Made by a program: the position numbers and the translations under genes. This document shows positions 51,601-64,000 of a stretch of 64,000 nucleotides of DNA, piece after piece. Under the pieces are notes generated by a model. That model was not told the DNA's origin. It was given only the letters and a program-made list of their open reading frames with translations, and made no database searches. Each line of letters begins with the position of its first letter. Positions within the stretch are counted from its first letter, which is position 1. The DNA comes from Malacoraja senta (lineage: Eukaryota), in contig JAXLNO010000385.1 in NCBI GenBank assembly GCA_038087875.1, forward strand, positions 1,426,001-1,490,000. Direction: 5' to 3'.

Positions 51601-54600
51601 TATTTGCATTTTCGAAGCAAACCGCCATTGCCATTTTCGAAGCAAACCTATTGCATTTTCAATGGCAATCACCTTTTGCATTTTCAAAGCAAAACATTTT
51701 TCGCATTTTCAAAGCAAATCACCTTTTGCATTTTCAAAGCAAACCACCTTTGCATTTTCAAAGCAAGCCAACTTTAGCATTTTCAAAGCAAACGACAAAT
51801 TACATTGTCAAAGCAAACCACCTTTTGCATTTTCAAAGCAAACCACCATTTGCATTTTTAAACCAAACCACCATTTGCATTTTCAAAGCAACTCTTTTGC
51901 ATTTTCAAAGCAAACCTTTTGCATTTTATAAAGCAAACCACCATTTGCATTTTCAAAGTAAACCACCATTTGCGTTTTCAAAGCAAACCACAATTTGTAT
52001 TTTCAAAGCAAACCATTTTTACATTTTCAAAGCAAACCAACTTTTGCATTTTCAAAGCAAACTTTTGCATTTTCAAAGCAAACCACCATTTGCATTTTCA
52101 AAGCAAACCACCATTTGCATTTTCAAACCAAACCACCATTTTCATTTTCAAAGCAAACCACAATTTGTATTTTCAAAGCAAACAACTTTTTACATTTTCA
52201 AAGGAAACCAACTTTTGCATTTTCAAAGCAAACTTTTGCATTTTCAAAGCAAACCACCATTTGCATTTTCAAAGCAAACCACCATTTGCATTTTCAAACC
52301 AAAGCACCATTTGCATTTTCAAGCAAACCACAATTTGCATTTTCAAAGCAAACCACTTTTTACATTTTCAAAGCAAACCACCTTTTGCATTTTCAAAGCA
52401 AATCACTTTTTTTCAATTTTCAAAGCAAACCACCTTTTGCATTTTCAAAGCAAACCACCTTTTGCATTTTTATAGCAAACCACCTTTTGCATTTTAAAGC
52501 AAAACATTTCTCGCATTTTCAAAGCAAACCACCTTTTGATTTTTCAAAGCAAACCATCAATTGCATTTTCAAAGCAAACCATATTTTGCATTATCAAAGC
52601 AAAGCACCTTTTGCATTTTCAATGCAAACCACCATTTGCGTTTTCAAACCAACCAACATTTGCATTTTCAAAGCAATCATTTTGCATTTTAAAAGCAAAT
52701 GTTTTGCATTTTCAAAGCAAACCACCTTTTGCATTTTCAAAGCAAACCACATTTAGCATTTTCAAAGGAAACCACCTTTTGAATTTTCAAAGGAAACGAC
52801 TTTTTACATTTTCAAAGCAAACCACATTTAGCATTTTCAAAGGAAACCACCATTTGCATTTTCAAAGCATACCTTTTGCATTTACATAGCAACCCTTTAC
52901 ATTTTCAAAGCAAACCACCTTTTACATTTCCAAAGCAAACCACCTTTTGCATTTTCGAAGCAAACCGCTATTTGCATTTTCGAAGCAAACCACCATTTCC
53001 ATTTTCGAAACAAACCTATTGCATTTTCAATGGCAACCACCTTTTGCATTTTCAAAGCAAAACATTTTTCGAATTTTCAAAGCAAATCACCTTTTGCATT
53101 TTCAAAGCAAACCACCTTTGCATTTTCAAAGCAAGCCAACTTTAGCATTTTCAAAGCAAACCACAAATTACATTGTCAAAGCAAACCACCTTCTGCATTT
53201 TCAAAGCAAACCACCATTTGCATTTTTTAACCAAACCACCATTTGCATTTTCAAAGCAACCCTTTAGCATTTTCAAAGCAAACCTTTTGCATTTTATAAA
53301 GCAAACCACCATTTGCATTTTCAAAGTAAACCACCATTTGCATTTTCAAAGCAATCCACAATTTGTATTTTCAAAGCAAATCTCTTTTTACATTTTCAAA
53401 GCAAACCAACTTTTGCATTTTCAAAGCAAACCACCACTTGCATTTTCAAAGCAAACCACCATTTGCATTTTCAAACCAAACCACCATTTTCATTTTCAAA
53501 GCAAATCTTTTGCATTTTCAAAGCAAACCTTTTGCATTTTCAAAGCAAACCACCTTTTGCATTTTCAAAGCAAACCACTTTTTAAAATTTTCAAAGCAAA
53601 CCACCTTCTGCATTTTCAAAGCAAACCACCTTTTGCATTTTTATAGCAAACCACCTTTTGCATTTTAAAGCAAAACATTTCTCGCATTTTCAAAGCAAAC
53701 CACCTTTTGGTTTTTCAAAGCAAACCATCAATTGCATTTTCAAAGCAAACCATATTTTTCCATTTTCAAAGCAAACACTTTTGCATTTTCAAAGCAAACC
53801 AATTTTTGCATTTTCAAAGCAAACTTTTGCATTTTCAAAGCAAACCACCATTTGCATTTTTAAAGCAAGCCACCATTTGCATTTTCAAACCAAACCACCA
53901 TTTTCATTTTCAAAGCAATCTTTTTGCATTTTCAAAGCAAATCTTTTGCATTTTCAAAGCAAACCTTTTGCATTTTCAAAGCAAACCACCATTTGCATTT
54001 TCAAGCAAACCACAATCTGCATTTTCAAAGCAAACCACTTTTTACATTTTCAAAGCAAACCACCTTTTGCATTTTCAAAGCAAATCACTTTTTTAAATTT
54101 TCAAAGCAAACCACCTTTTCCATTTTCAAAGCAAACCACCTTTTGCATTTTCAAAGCAAATCACTTTTTTAAATTTTCAAAGCAAACCACCTTTTCCATT
54201 TTCAAAGCAAAACCACCTTTTGCATTTTCAAAACAAACCACCTTTTGTATTTTTATAGCAAACCAACTTTTGCATTTTAAAGCAAAACATTTCTCGCATT
54301 TTCAAAGCAAACCACCTTTTGGTTTTTCAAAACAAACCACCTTTTGGTTTTTCAAAGCAAACCATCAATTGCATTTTCAAAGCAAACCATATTTTGCATT
54401 ATCAAAGCAAAGCACTTTTGCATTTTCAATGCAAACCACCATTTGCATTTTCAAACCAACCAACATTTGCATTTTCAAAGCAATCCTTTTGCATTTTAAA
54501 AGCAAATGTTTTGCATTTTCAAAGCAAACCACTTTTTGCATTTTCAAAGCAAACCACATTTAGCATTTTCAAAGGAAACCACCTTTTGCATTTTCAAAGG

Positions 54601-55485
54601 AAACGACTTTTTACATTTTCAAAGCAAACCACATTTAGCATTTTCAAAGGAAATCACCATTTTCATTTTCAAAGCATACCTTTTGCATTTACACAGCAAC
54701 CCTTTACATTTTCAAAGCAAACCACCTTTTACATTTCCAAAGCAAACCACCTTTTGCATTTTCGAAGCAAACCGCTATTTGCATTTTCGAAGCAAACCGC
54801 CATTTCCATTTTCGAAGCAAACCACCGTTTCAATGGCAACCACCTTTTGCATTTTCAAAGCAAAATATTTTTCGCATTTTCAAAGCAAACCACCTTTGCA
54901 TTTTCAAAGCAAGCCAACTTTAGCATTTTCAAAGCAAACAACAAATTACATTGTCAAAGCAAACCACCTTTTGCATTTTCAAAGCAAACCACCATTTGCA
55001 TTTTTAAACCAAACCACCATTTGCATTTTCAAAGCAACCCTTTTGCATTTTCAAAGCAAACCTTTTGCATTTTATAAAGCAAACCACCATTTGCATTTTC
55101 AAAGTAAACCACCATTTGCCTATTCAAAGCAAACCACAATTTGTATTTTCAAAGCAAACCACTTTTTACATTTTCAAAGCAAACCAACTTTTGCATTTTC
55201 AAAGCAAACTTTTGCATTTTCAAAGCAAACCACCATTTGCATTTTCAAAGCAAACCACCATTTGCATTTTCAAACCAAACCACCATTTTCATTTTCAAAG
55301 CAATCCTTTTGCATTTTCAAAGCAAATCTTTTGCATTTTCAAAGCAAACCTTTTGCATTTTCAAAGCAAACCACCATTTGCAGTTTCAAGCAAACCACAA
55401 TTTGCATTTTCAAAGCAAACCACTTTTCACATTTTCAAAGCAAACCACCTTTTGCATTTTCAAAGCAAATCACTTTTTTAAATTT
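21677..55485 (+). repeat. 25-bp satellite array (GCAAACCACC[A/T]TTTGCATTTTCAAA; 22-bp deletion variants), ~33.8 kb with higher-order duplications
   Basis: Continuous head-to-tail units in a single orientation, roughly 1,400 monomers by length. Duplicated variant blocks occur at offsets 849, 504, 1177, 4849, 5232 and 6026 bp. Confidence 0.98.
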
Positions 55486-57619
55486 GCAGAAAGAGTTAGG
55501 GGTCATCCGGAAATATATGGGTGTATCACAAAGGGCACAGTGAATAAAATCTCTCTATATGCAGATGATGTACTAATTTACGTTACAAAACCAGAAATTA
55601 GTATTCCAAACTTATTAGAGCTAATAACCCAATTTGGTTCACTCTCAGGATACAGAATAAATTGGAATAAAAGTGAAATTATGCCAATAAGGGAACATAA
55701 CAAACACATAATACAACAATTTCCATTTAAAATAGTAAACGAAAAATTTAAATACCTAGGTATCTATGTAACTAAGATATATACATCATTATTTAAAGCA
55801 AATTTCCCCCCATTACTGAATAAACTACATAAGAATATTCAATACTGGAAAACACTTCCTATCTCAATGGTTGGCAAAATTAATGCCATAAAAATGATTT
55901 TTTTACCGCAAATATTATACCTTTTCCAGACAATTCCGATATATTTGTCAAAAAACTTTTTTTTAAAATTGGACTCCATTGTTAATGATTTTATCTGGGA
56001 TTATAAGAATCATAGGATAAACAAAAGACATTTGTGTAAATCAAAAATAAATGGAGGTTTGGTTTTACCCAACTTTCTGTTTTATTTTTGGGCAGTTAAT
56101 ATTAAAAATATGAATTTCTGGTTGGAAAAAATAGATCAACAACCTGATTGGTTAAAAATGGAAAAGGAAGATTGTTTGCCTTTTGATATCGGTTCGATAA
56201 TATTTGCTACATCTAAATTAAACAAAAAAAATTATAGGGAAAACCCTATCATATTTAGTGCCATACGAATTTGGAAACAATTAAAAAAGACATTAAAATT
56301 AGATAATTTATCACTTTTTCTCCAAATTGTGAATAACCCTTTGTTTAAACCCTCATGGCTGGACAGGTGTTTTACACAATGGAAGAATTATGGAATTAAA
56401 AATATGGGACAACTTTATAAGGAAGGCACTTTTCTGACATTTCAGGAGGTGCAACAGACTTATGGACTTCGAGGAAATGATTATTTCAGATATCTTCAAC
56501 TCAGAGATTATGTAAAATCGAATACTCAAAATTTTCGAATTAGAAATTCAGAAATTCTTGACGAATGTTGGAATAAACATCCTAATACAGAAAAATTAAT
56601 ATCTTATATATATAATATCTTATTAGACAGTGACATTCCATCGACGGACTTACACAGACAAACATGGGAAAAATAATTAAATCAAATAATAACGAAAGAT
56701 ACTTGGGAAGAAAGTTTACAACATATACATCAATGTTCATTAAATGCCAGACATTCTTTAATACAATTTAAAGTAATACATTCGTTACATTATTCAAAAA
56801 CAAAATTGCATAAAATCGTTCAACATATCTCACCTATATGTGATAAATGTCAACATTTAGAAGCTACCTTATCTCATATGTTTGCAAACTGTATAAAAAT
56901 TAAAAAATTCTGGGTAAATATTTTTAGTATAATATCTAAAGTGACCAGCACACAAGTGGACCCGGATCCAAAATTTATAATACTCGGAACATCACAATAA
57001 AATCAAACATTTACAACAACACAAAGAAACTTTATTGATTATAGTATAATAACTGGAAAAAAATTAATTCTAAAATTTTGGAAAGGCCACAATCAAAATG
57101 TGGATTATAGAAATGACGGAGACCTTAAACGTGGAAAGAATCAGATTTTCCCTGTTGGACAAACAGGAATTATTCGTTGGAACATGGTCTCCCTTTATTG
57201 ATTATTTAAAGGGTCAGAATGGTTCAGCACGGGAACCTGACTAATGCTCGGGCTAAAGAATGGATGAAAGGCTATACTCTGAAATGTACGAATATATCTC
57301 GAATGAAGTTTTTTACTTTAATAAAATTTTCCATTCTTCTTTAACTATCTTATTTTTTTTTTGTTTTTTTTGTTTTTTTTGTTTTTTTTGTTTTCTCTTT
57401 TCTCTTTTTCTTCTCATTCTTTTCTTTCTTTACTTCATCTATCTTTTTAGTTCTATCTAGTTTAAAAAAATAATTTAAAAAAAAAAAAAGGCAAAAGGTA
57501 TTGGAGACAATGTAATAATAATTGATAATATTATCAATTTAAAAATGTAAGACTGCAATGATGTTAATAGGTTGTGTACTTTTCTCCAATAAAAAATATT
57601 TTCAAAAAAAATAAAGAAA
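55484..57619 (+). mobile_element. 5'-truncated L1-clade (L1/Tx1-type) LINE: RT C-half, CCHC domain, 3' UTR and A-rich tail
   Basis: Translation gives KISLYADDVLIYV…SGYRINWNKSE…FKYLGIYV…GKINAIKMIFLPQILYLFQ…FIW…GGLVLPNFLFYFWA, then CDKCQ…HMFANC. In-frame stops are at 56674 and 56998, with a frameshift at ~57085 and the natural stop at ~57242. A T-rich UTR, AATAAA (57588) and A-tail follow. Confidence 0.93.
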
Positions 57620-60600
57620 CCACCTTTTGCATATTCAAAGTAAACCACCATTTGCATTTTCATTGCATACAACCACTTACATTTTCAAAGCAAACCACCT
57701 TTTGCATTTTCGAAGCAAACCGCTACTTGCATTTTCGAAGCAAACCTATTTCATTTTCAATGGAAACCACCTTTTGTATTTTCAAAGCAAAACATTGTTA
57801 GCATTTTCAAAGCAAACCACCTTTCGCATTTTCAAAGCAAACCACCTTTTGCATTTTCAAAGCAAACCACAAATTGCATTGTCAAAGCAAACCACCTTTT
57901 GCATTTTCAAAGCAAACCACCATTTGCATTTTCAAAGCAAACCACCATTTGCATTTTCAAAGCAAATCTTTTGCATTTTCAAACCAAAACATTTTTCGCA
58001 TTTTCAAAGCAAACAACCTTTTGCATTTTCAAACCAAACCACCTTTTGCATTTTCAAAGCAAACCACCTTTTGCATTTTCAAAGCAAACCACAAATTGCA
58101 TTGTCAAAGCAATCCAGCTTTTGATTTTCAAAGCAAACCACCATTTGCATTTTCAAACCAAACCACCATTTGCATTTTCAAAGCAATCGTTTTGCATTTT
58201 CAATGCAAAAGGTGGCTTGCTTTGAAAATGCAAAAGGTGGTTTGTTTTGAAAATGCAAAAGTAATCCACCTTTTGCATTTTCAAAGCAAACCACCTTTTG
58301 CATTTTCAAAGCAAACCAGCTTTCAATTTTCATAGCAAACCACCTTCTGCTTTTTCAAAGCACACCACCTTTTGCATTTTCAAAGCAAATCGGCATTTGT
58401 ATTTTCGAAGCAAACCGCCAATTGCATTTTCGAAGCAAACCGCCAATTGCATTTTCGAAGCAAACCACCATTTGCATTTTCAAAGCAAACCTTTTGCATT
58501 TTCAAAGCAAAACATTTTTTGCATTTTCATAGCAAACAACCTTTTGCATTTTCAAAGCAAACCACCATTCGCATTTTCAAAGCAAACCACCATTTGTATT
58601 TTCAAAGCAAACCACTTTTGCATTTAAAGCAAACCACCTTTTGCATTTTCAACGCAAACCACCTTTTGCATTTTCGAAGCTAATCAGCTTATGCATTTGC
58701 AAAGCAAATCACCTTTTGAATTTTCGAAGCAAACCGCAATTTGCATTTTCGAATCAAACCCTTTGCATTTTCAAAGCAAACCACATTTTGCATTTTCAAA
58801 GCAAAACATTTTTCGCATTTTCAAAGCAAATCACCTTTTGCATTTTCAATGCAAACCACCTTTTGCATTTTCAATGCAAACCACCGATGGCATTTTCAAA
58901 GCAAACCATCTTTTGCATTTTCAAAGCAAATCACCATTTGCATTTTCAAGCAAATCACCATTTGCATTTTCAACGCAAACCACGTTTTGCATTTTCAAAG
59001 CAAAACATTTTTTGCATTTTCATAGCAAACAACCTTTTGCATTTTAAGTAAACCACCATTTGCATTTTCAAAGCAAAGCACATTTGCATTTTGAAAGAAA
59101 ACCACCATTTGCATTTTCAAAGCAAACTACCTTTTGCATTTTCAAAGGATACAACCTTTTGCATTTTCAAAGCTAACCTGCTGATGCATTTGCAAATAAA
59201 ACCACCTTTTCCATTTTCGAAGCAAACCGCAATTTGCATTTTCGAAGCAAACCGCCATTTGCATTTTCGATACAAGCGTTTTGCATTTTCAAAGCAAACC
59301 ACATTTTGCATTTTCAAAGCAAAACATTTTTCGCATTTTCAAAGCAAATCACCTTTTGCATTTTCAAAGCAAACCACCTTTTGCATGTTCAAAGCAAACC
59401 ACCTTTTGCATTTTCGAAGCAAATCACCGTTTGCATTTTAAAAGCAAACCATCTTTAGCATTTTCAAAGAAAAGCACCTTTTGCATTTTCAATGTAATCC
59501 ACCATTTGCATTTTCAAACCAAACGACCATTTGCATCTTCAAAACAATCATTTTGCATTTTCAAAGCAAATCTTTTGCATTTTCAAAGCACACCTTTTGC
59601 ATTTTCAAAGCAAACCACCATTTGCATTTTAAAGCAAATCATAATTTGCTTTTTCAACGCAAACCACCTTTTGCATTTTCAAAGCAAAACATTTTTCGCA
59701 TTTTCAAAGCAAACAACCTTTTGCAATTTCAAAGCAAACCACCATTTGCATATTCAAAGCAAACCACCATTTGCATTTTCAAAGCAAACCACCATTTGCA
59801 TTTTGAAAGCAAACCACGATTTGCATTTTCAAAGCAAACCACCTTTTTCATTTTCAAGGCAATCCACCATTTGCATTTTCAAAGCAATCCTCTTGCATTT
59901 TCAAAGCAAACCTCCATTTGCATTTTCAAAGCAAACCACCAATTGAAGTTTCAAAGCAAACCAGCATTTCCATTTTCAAAGCAAACCTTTTGCATTTTCA
60001 AACCAAACCTTTTGCATTTTCATAGCAAACCCTTTGCATTTTCAAAGCAAACCAGTATTTGCATGTTCAAAGCAAACCAGCATTTACATTTTAAAAGCAA
60101 ACCTTTTGCATTTTCAAAGTAAAACCTTTGCATTTACAAAGCAAACCAGCATTTGCATCTTCAAAGCAAACCACCTTTTGCATTTTCAAAGCAAACCACA
60201 TTTTGCATTTTCAAAGCAAAACATTTTTCGCATTTTCAAAGCAAATCACCTTTTGCATTTTCAAAGCAAGCCACCTTTTGCATTTTCAAAGCAAACCACC
60301 GATTGCATTTTCGACGCAAACCATCTTTTGCATTTTCAAAGAAAAGCACCATTTGCAAGGTAATCCACCATTTGCATTTAAGAACCAAACGACCATTTGC
60401 ATCTTCAAAACAATCATTTTGCATTTTCAAAGCAAATCTTTTGCATTTTCAAAGCACACCTTTTGCATTTTCAACGTAAACCACCATTTGCATTTTCAAA
60501 GCAAATCACCATTTGCTTTTTCAATGTAAACCACCTTTTGCATTTTCAAAGCAAAGCATTTGTCGCATTTTCAAAGCAAATCACCTTTTGCAATTTCAAA

Positions 60601-63600
60601 GCAAACCACCTTTTGCATTTTCAAAGCATACCACCTTTTGCATTTTCAAAGCAAACCTTTTGCATTTTCATAGCAAACCCTTTGCCTTTTCAAAGCAAAC
60701 CAGTATTTTCATTTTCAAATCAAACCAGCATTTGCATTTTAAAAGCAAACCTTTTGCATTTTCAAAGTAAAACCGTTGCATTTTCAAAGCAAACCAGCAT
60801 TTGCATTTTCAAAGCAAACCACTTTTTTCATTTTCAAAGCAAACGACCTTTTTGCATTTTCAAAGCAAACCACCTTTTGCATTTTCAAAGCATACCAACT
60901 TTTGCATTTTCAAACAAACCACCTTTTGCATCTGCTAACCAAATCACCTTTTGCATTTTTGAAACAAACCGCTATTTGCATTTTCGAAGCAAACCGCCAT
61001 TTGCATTTTCGATGCAAACCTTTTGCATTTCCAAAGCTAACCTGCTTATGCATTTGCAAAGCAAACCACCTTTTGCATTTTCGAAGCAAACCGCAATTTC
61101 CATTTTCGAAGCAAACCGCCATTTTCATTTTCGATACAAACATTTTGCATTTTCAAAGCAAACCACATTTTGCATTTTCAAAGCAAAACATTTTTCGCAT
61201 TTTCAAAGCAAATCACCTTTTGCATTTTCAAAGCAAACCATCTTTGCATTTTCAAAACAAACCACCGATTGCATTTTCAAAGCAAACCATCTTTTGCATT
61301 TTCAAAGAAAAGCACCATTTGCATTTTCAATGTAAGCCACCATTTGCATTTTCAAACCAAACGACCATTTGCATCTTCAAAACAATCATTTTGCATTTTC
61401 AAAGCAAATCTTTTGCATTTTCAAAGCACACCTTTTGCATTTTCAAAGCAAACCACCATTTGCATTTTCAAAGCAAATCACCATTTGCTTTTTCAATGCA
61501 AACCACCTTTTGCATTTTCAAAGCAAAGCATTTTTCGCATTTTCAAAGCAAATCACCTTTTGCATTTTCAAAGCAAACCACCCTTTGCATTTTCAAAGCA
61601 AACCAACGATTGCATTTTAAAAGCAAACCATCTTTAGCATTTTCAAAGAAAAGCACCTTTTGCATTTTCAATGTAATCCACCATTTGCATTTTCAAACCA
61701 AACGACCATTTGCATTTTCAAAGCAAACCACGATTTGCATTTTCAAAGCAAACCACCTTTTGCATTTTAAAAGCAATCCACCATTTGCATTTTCAAAGCA
61801 ATCATTTTGCATTTTCAAAGCAAACCTCCATTTGCATTTTCAAAGCAAACCACCATTTGAATTTTCAAAGCAAACCAGCATTTACATTTTGAAAGCAAAC
61901 CTTTTGCATTTTTAAACCAAACCTTTTGCATTTTCAAAGCAAACCACCTTTTGCATTTTAAAAGCAATCCACCATTTGCATTTTCAAAGCAATCATTTTG
62001 CATTTTCAAAGCAAACCTCCATTTGCATTTTCAAAGCAAACCACCATTTGAATTTTCAAAGCAAACCAGCATTTACATTTTGAAAGCAAACCTTTTGCAT
62101 TTTTAAACCAAACCTTTTGCATTTTCATAGCAAACCCTTTGCATTTTCAAAGCAAACCAGTATATGCATTTTCAAAGCAAACCAATATTTGCATTTTCAA
62201 AGCAATCCAGCATTTGCATTTTTTATAAGCAAACCTTTTGCATTTTCAAAGTAAAACCTTTGTATTTACAAAGAAAACCAGCATTTGCATTTTCAAAGCA
62301 AACCACCTTTTGCATTTTAAAAGCAAACCTTTTGCATTTTCAAAGTAAAACCTTTGCATTTTCAAAGCAAACCAGCATTTGCATTTTCAAAGCAAACCAC
62401 CTTTTTCATTTTCAAAGCAAACCACCTTTTTGCATTTTCAAAGCAAACCACCTTTTGCATTTTCAAAGCATACCAACTTTTGCATTTTCAAACAAACCAC
62501 CTTTTGCATCTGCTAATCAAATCACCTTTTGCATTTTTGAAACAAACCGCTATTTGCATTTTCGAAGCAAACCGCCATTTGCGTTTTCGATGCAAACCTT
62601 TTGCATTTTCAAAGCAAACCACATTTTGCATTTTCCAAGCAAACCACCTTTTGCATTTTGAAAGCAAACCACCTTTTGCATTTTACTAGCAAACAACTTT
62701 TTGCATTTTCAAACTAAACATTTTGCATTTTCAAACCAAACCTTTTGCATTTTAAAACTCCACCATTTGCATTTGCAAACCAAACCACCATTTGGCATTT
62801 TCAAACCAAACCACGTTTTCTATTTTCAAACCAAACCACTCTTTGCATTTTCAAAGCAAACTAACGTTTGCATTTTCAAAGCCAACCTTTTGCATTTTCA
62901 AAGTAAACCTTTTGCATTTTCAAACCGAACCAGCTTTTGCATTTTCAAAGAAAACCTTTTGCATTTTCAAAGAAAACCTTTTGCATTTTAAACCAAATCT
63001 CCTTTTGCATTTTCAAAACAAACCACCATTTGCATTTTCAAACCAAACCACCGTTTGCATTTTCTAACCAGACCTCCTTTTGCATTTTCAAACCAAACAT
63101 CCTTTTGAATTTTCAAAGCAAACCTTTTGCACTTTCAAAGTAAACATTTTGCATTTTCAAACCAAACCACTATTTGCATTTTCAAAGCAAATCTTTTGCA
63201 TTTGCAAAGCAAACCTTTTGCATTTTAAAACCAAATCTCCTTTTGCATTTTCAAAACAAACCACCATTTGCATTTTCAAACCAAACTACCATTTGTATTT
63301 TCAAACCAAACCTCGTTTTGCATTTTGAAAACAAACATTCTTTTGCATTTTCAAAGCAAACCTTTTTGCATATTCAAAGCAAACCACCATTTGCATTTTC
63401 AAAGCAAACCACCTTTTGCATTTTCAAAGAAAACCACCATTTACATTTCCAAAGCAATCCATCATTTTCATTTTCAAACTAAACCATTTGCATTACAAAC
63501 CAAACCTTTTGCATTTTCAATGCAAACCATTTGCATTTTCAAAGCAAACCGTTTGCATTTTCTAGGCAAACATTTTGCATTTTCTAAACCAAACCACCTT

Positions 63601-64000
63601 TTGCATTTACCCCCCCCCCCACCATTTGCATTTTCTAACCAAACCATTAGCATTTTCAAAGCAAACCTCCTTTTGCATTTTAAAAGCAAACCTTTTGGAT
63701 TTTCAAAGCAAACCTTTTGCATTTTCAAACCAAACCTCCTTTTGCATTTTCCAAACAAACCACCATTAGCATTTTCAAACCAAACCACCATTTGCATTTT
63801 CAAACCAAACAAACTTTTGCATTTTCAAAGCAAACCTTTTCCCATTTTCAAAGCAAACCTTTGGCATTTTCAAAGTAAACCTTTTGCATTTTCAATGCAA
63901 ACCCTTTGAATTTTCAAAGCAAACCTTTTGCATTTTCAAAGCAAACCATTTGCATTTTAAAACCAAACCTCCTTTTGCAGTTTCAAAACAAACCATTATT
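57617..64000 (+). repeat. Continuation of the 25-bp satellite (more divergent variants), runs off the window
   Basis: Same consensus unit, containing a 56-bp inverted insert at 58205-58260. Confidence 0.98.

Noticed and set aside
55141..56676. 511-aa satellite–RT fusion protein as a novel gene
   Set aside because: A chance in-frame junction. It has a non-ATG start in the satellite, RT lacking its N-terminal motifs, and it ends at a premature stop.
21516..63909. Hundreds of plus-strand ORFs (FAFSKQTTFCIFKANHLLHFQSKPP…)
   Set aside because: The 25-nt monomer has no stop in any plus-strand frame, while the minus strand has TGA. ORFs overlap in all three frames and are translation artefacts.
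21677..64000. CRISPR-like array
   Set aside because: Head-to-tail monomers have no unique spacers, there are no cas genes, and the context is vertebrate.

Overview
Eukaryotic (vertebrate) genomic DNA. The repeat families (CR1/HER1-type LINEs, an HE1/V-SINE-type SINE, Penelope-type ends) and a GPR139/142-like receptor point to a cartilaginous fish, probably a skate or ray; this is an inference. Bases 1-21.7 kb are a repeat-dense region. It contains the 5' end of an apparently intact Gypsy (Gmr1/SCAN-like gag) LTR retrotransposon with LTR and tRNA-Pro PBS, many CR1 and Rex1/Babar fragments, a 200-N gap, and an orphan CpG-island housekeeping-type promoter at ~8.5-8.9 kb. It also contains a two-exon GPR139/GPR142-like GPCR (minus strand, 1-bp frameshift) whose intron carries a palindromic twin-THAP transposon remnant, plus a Helitron end and a foldback element. 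From 21,677 to the window end lies a ~40 kb array of a 25-bp satellite (GCAAACCACC[A/T]TTTGCATTTTCAAA, with 22-bp variants) showing nested higher-order duplications. A 5'-truncated L1-type LINE (~55.5-57.6 kb) and a 56-bp fold-back inversion interrupt the array. The hundreds of ORFs in the satellite are artefacts of a stop-free repeat. I see no firm evidence of a new biological system. The best candidates for follow-up are the octamer-rich satellite, the GPCR and the orphan promoter.
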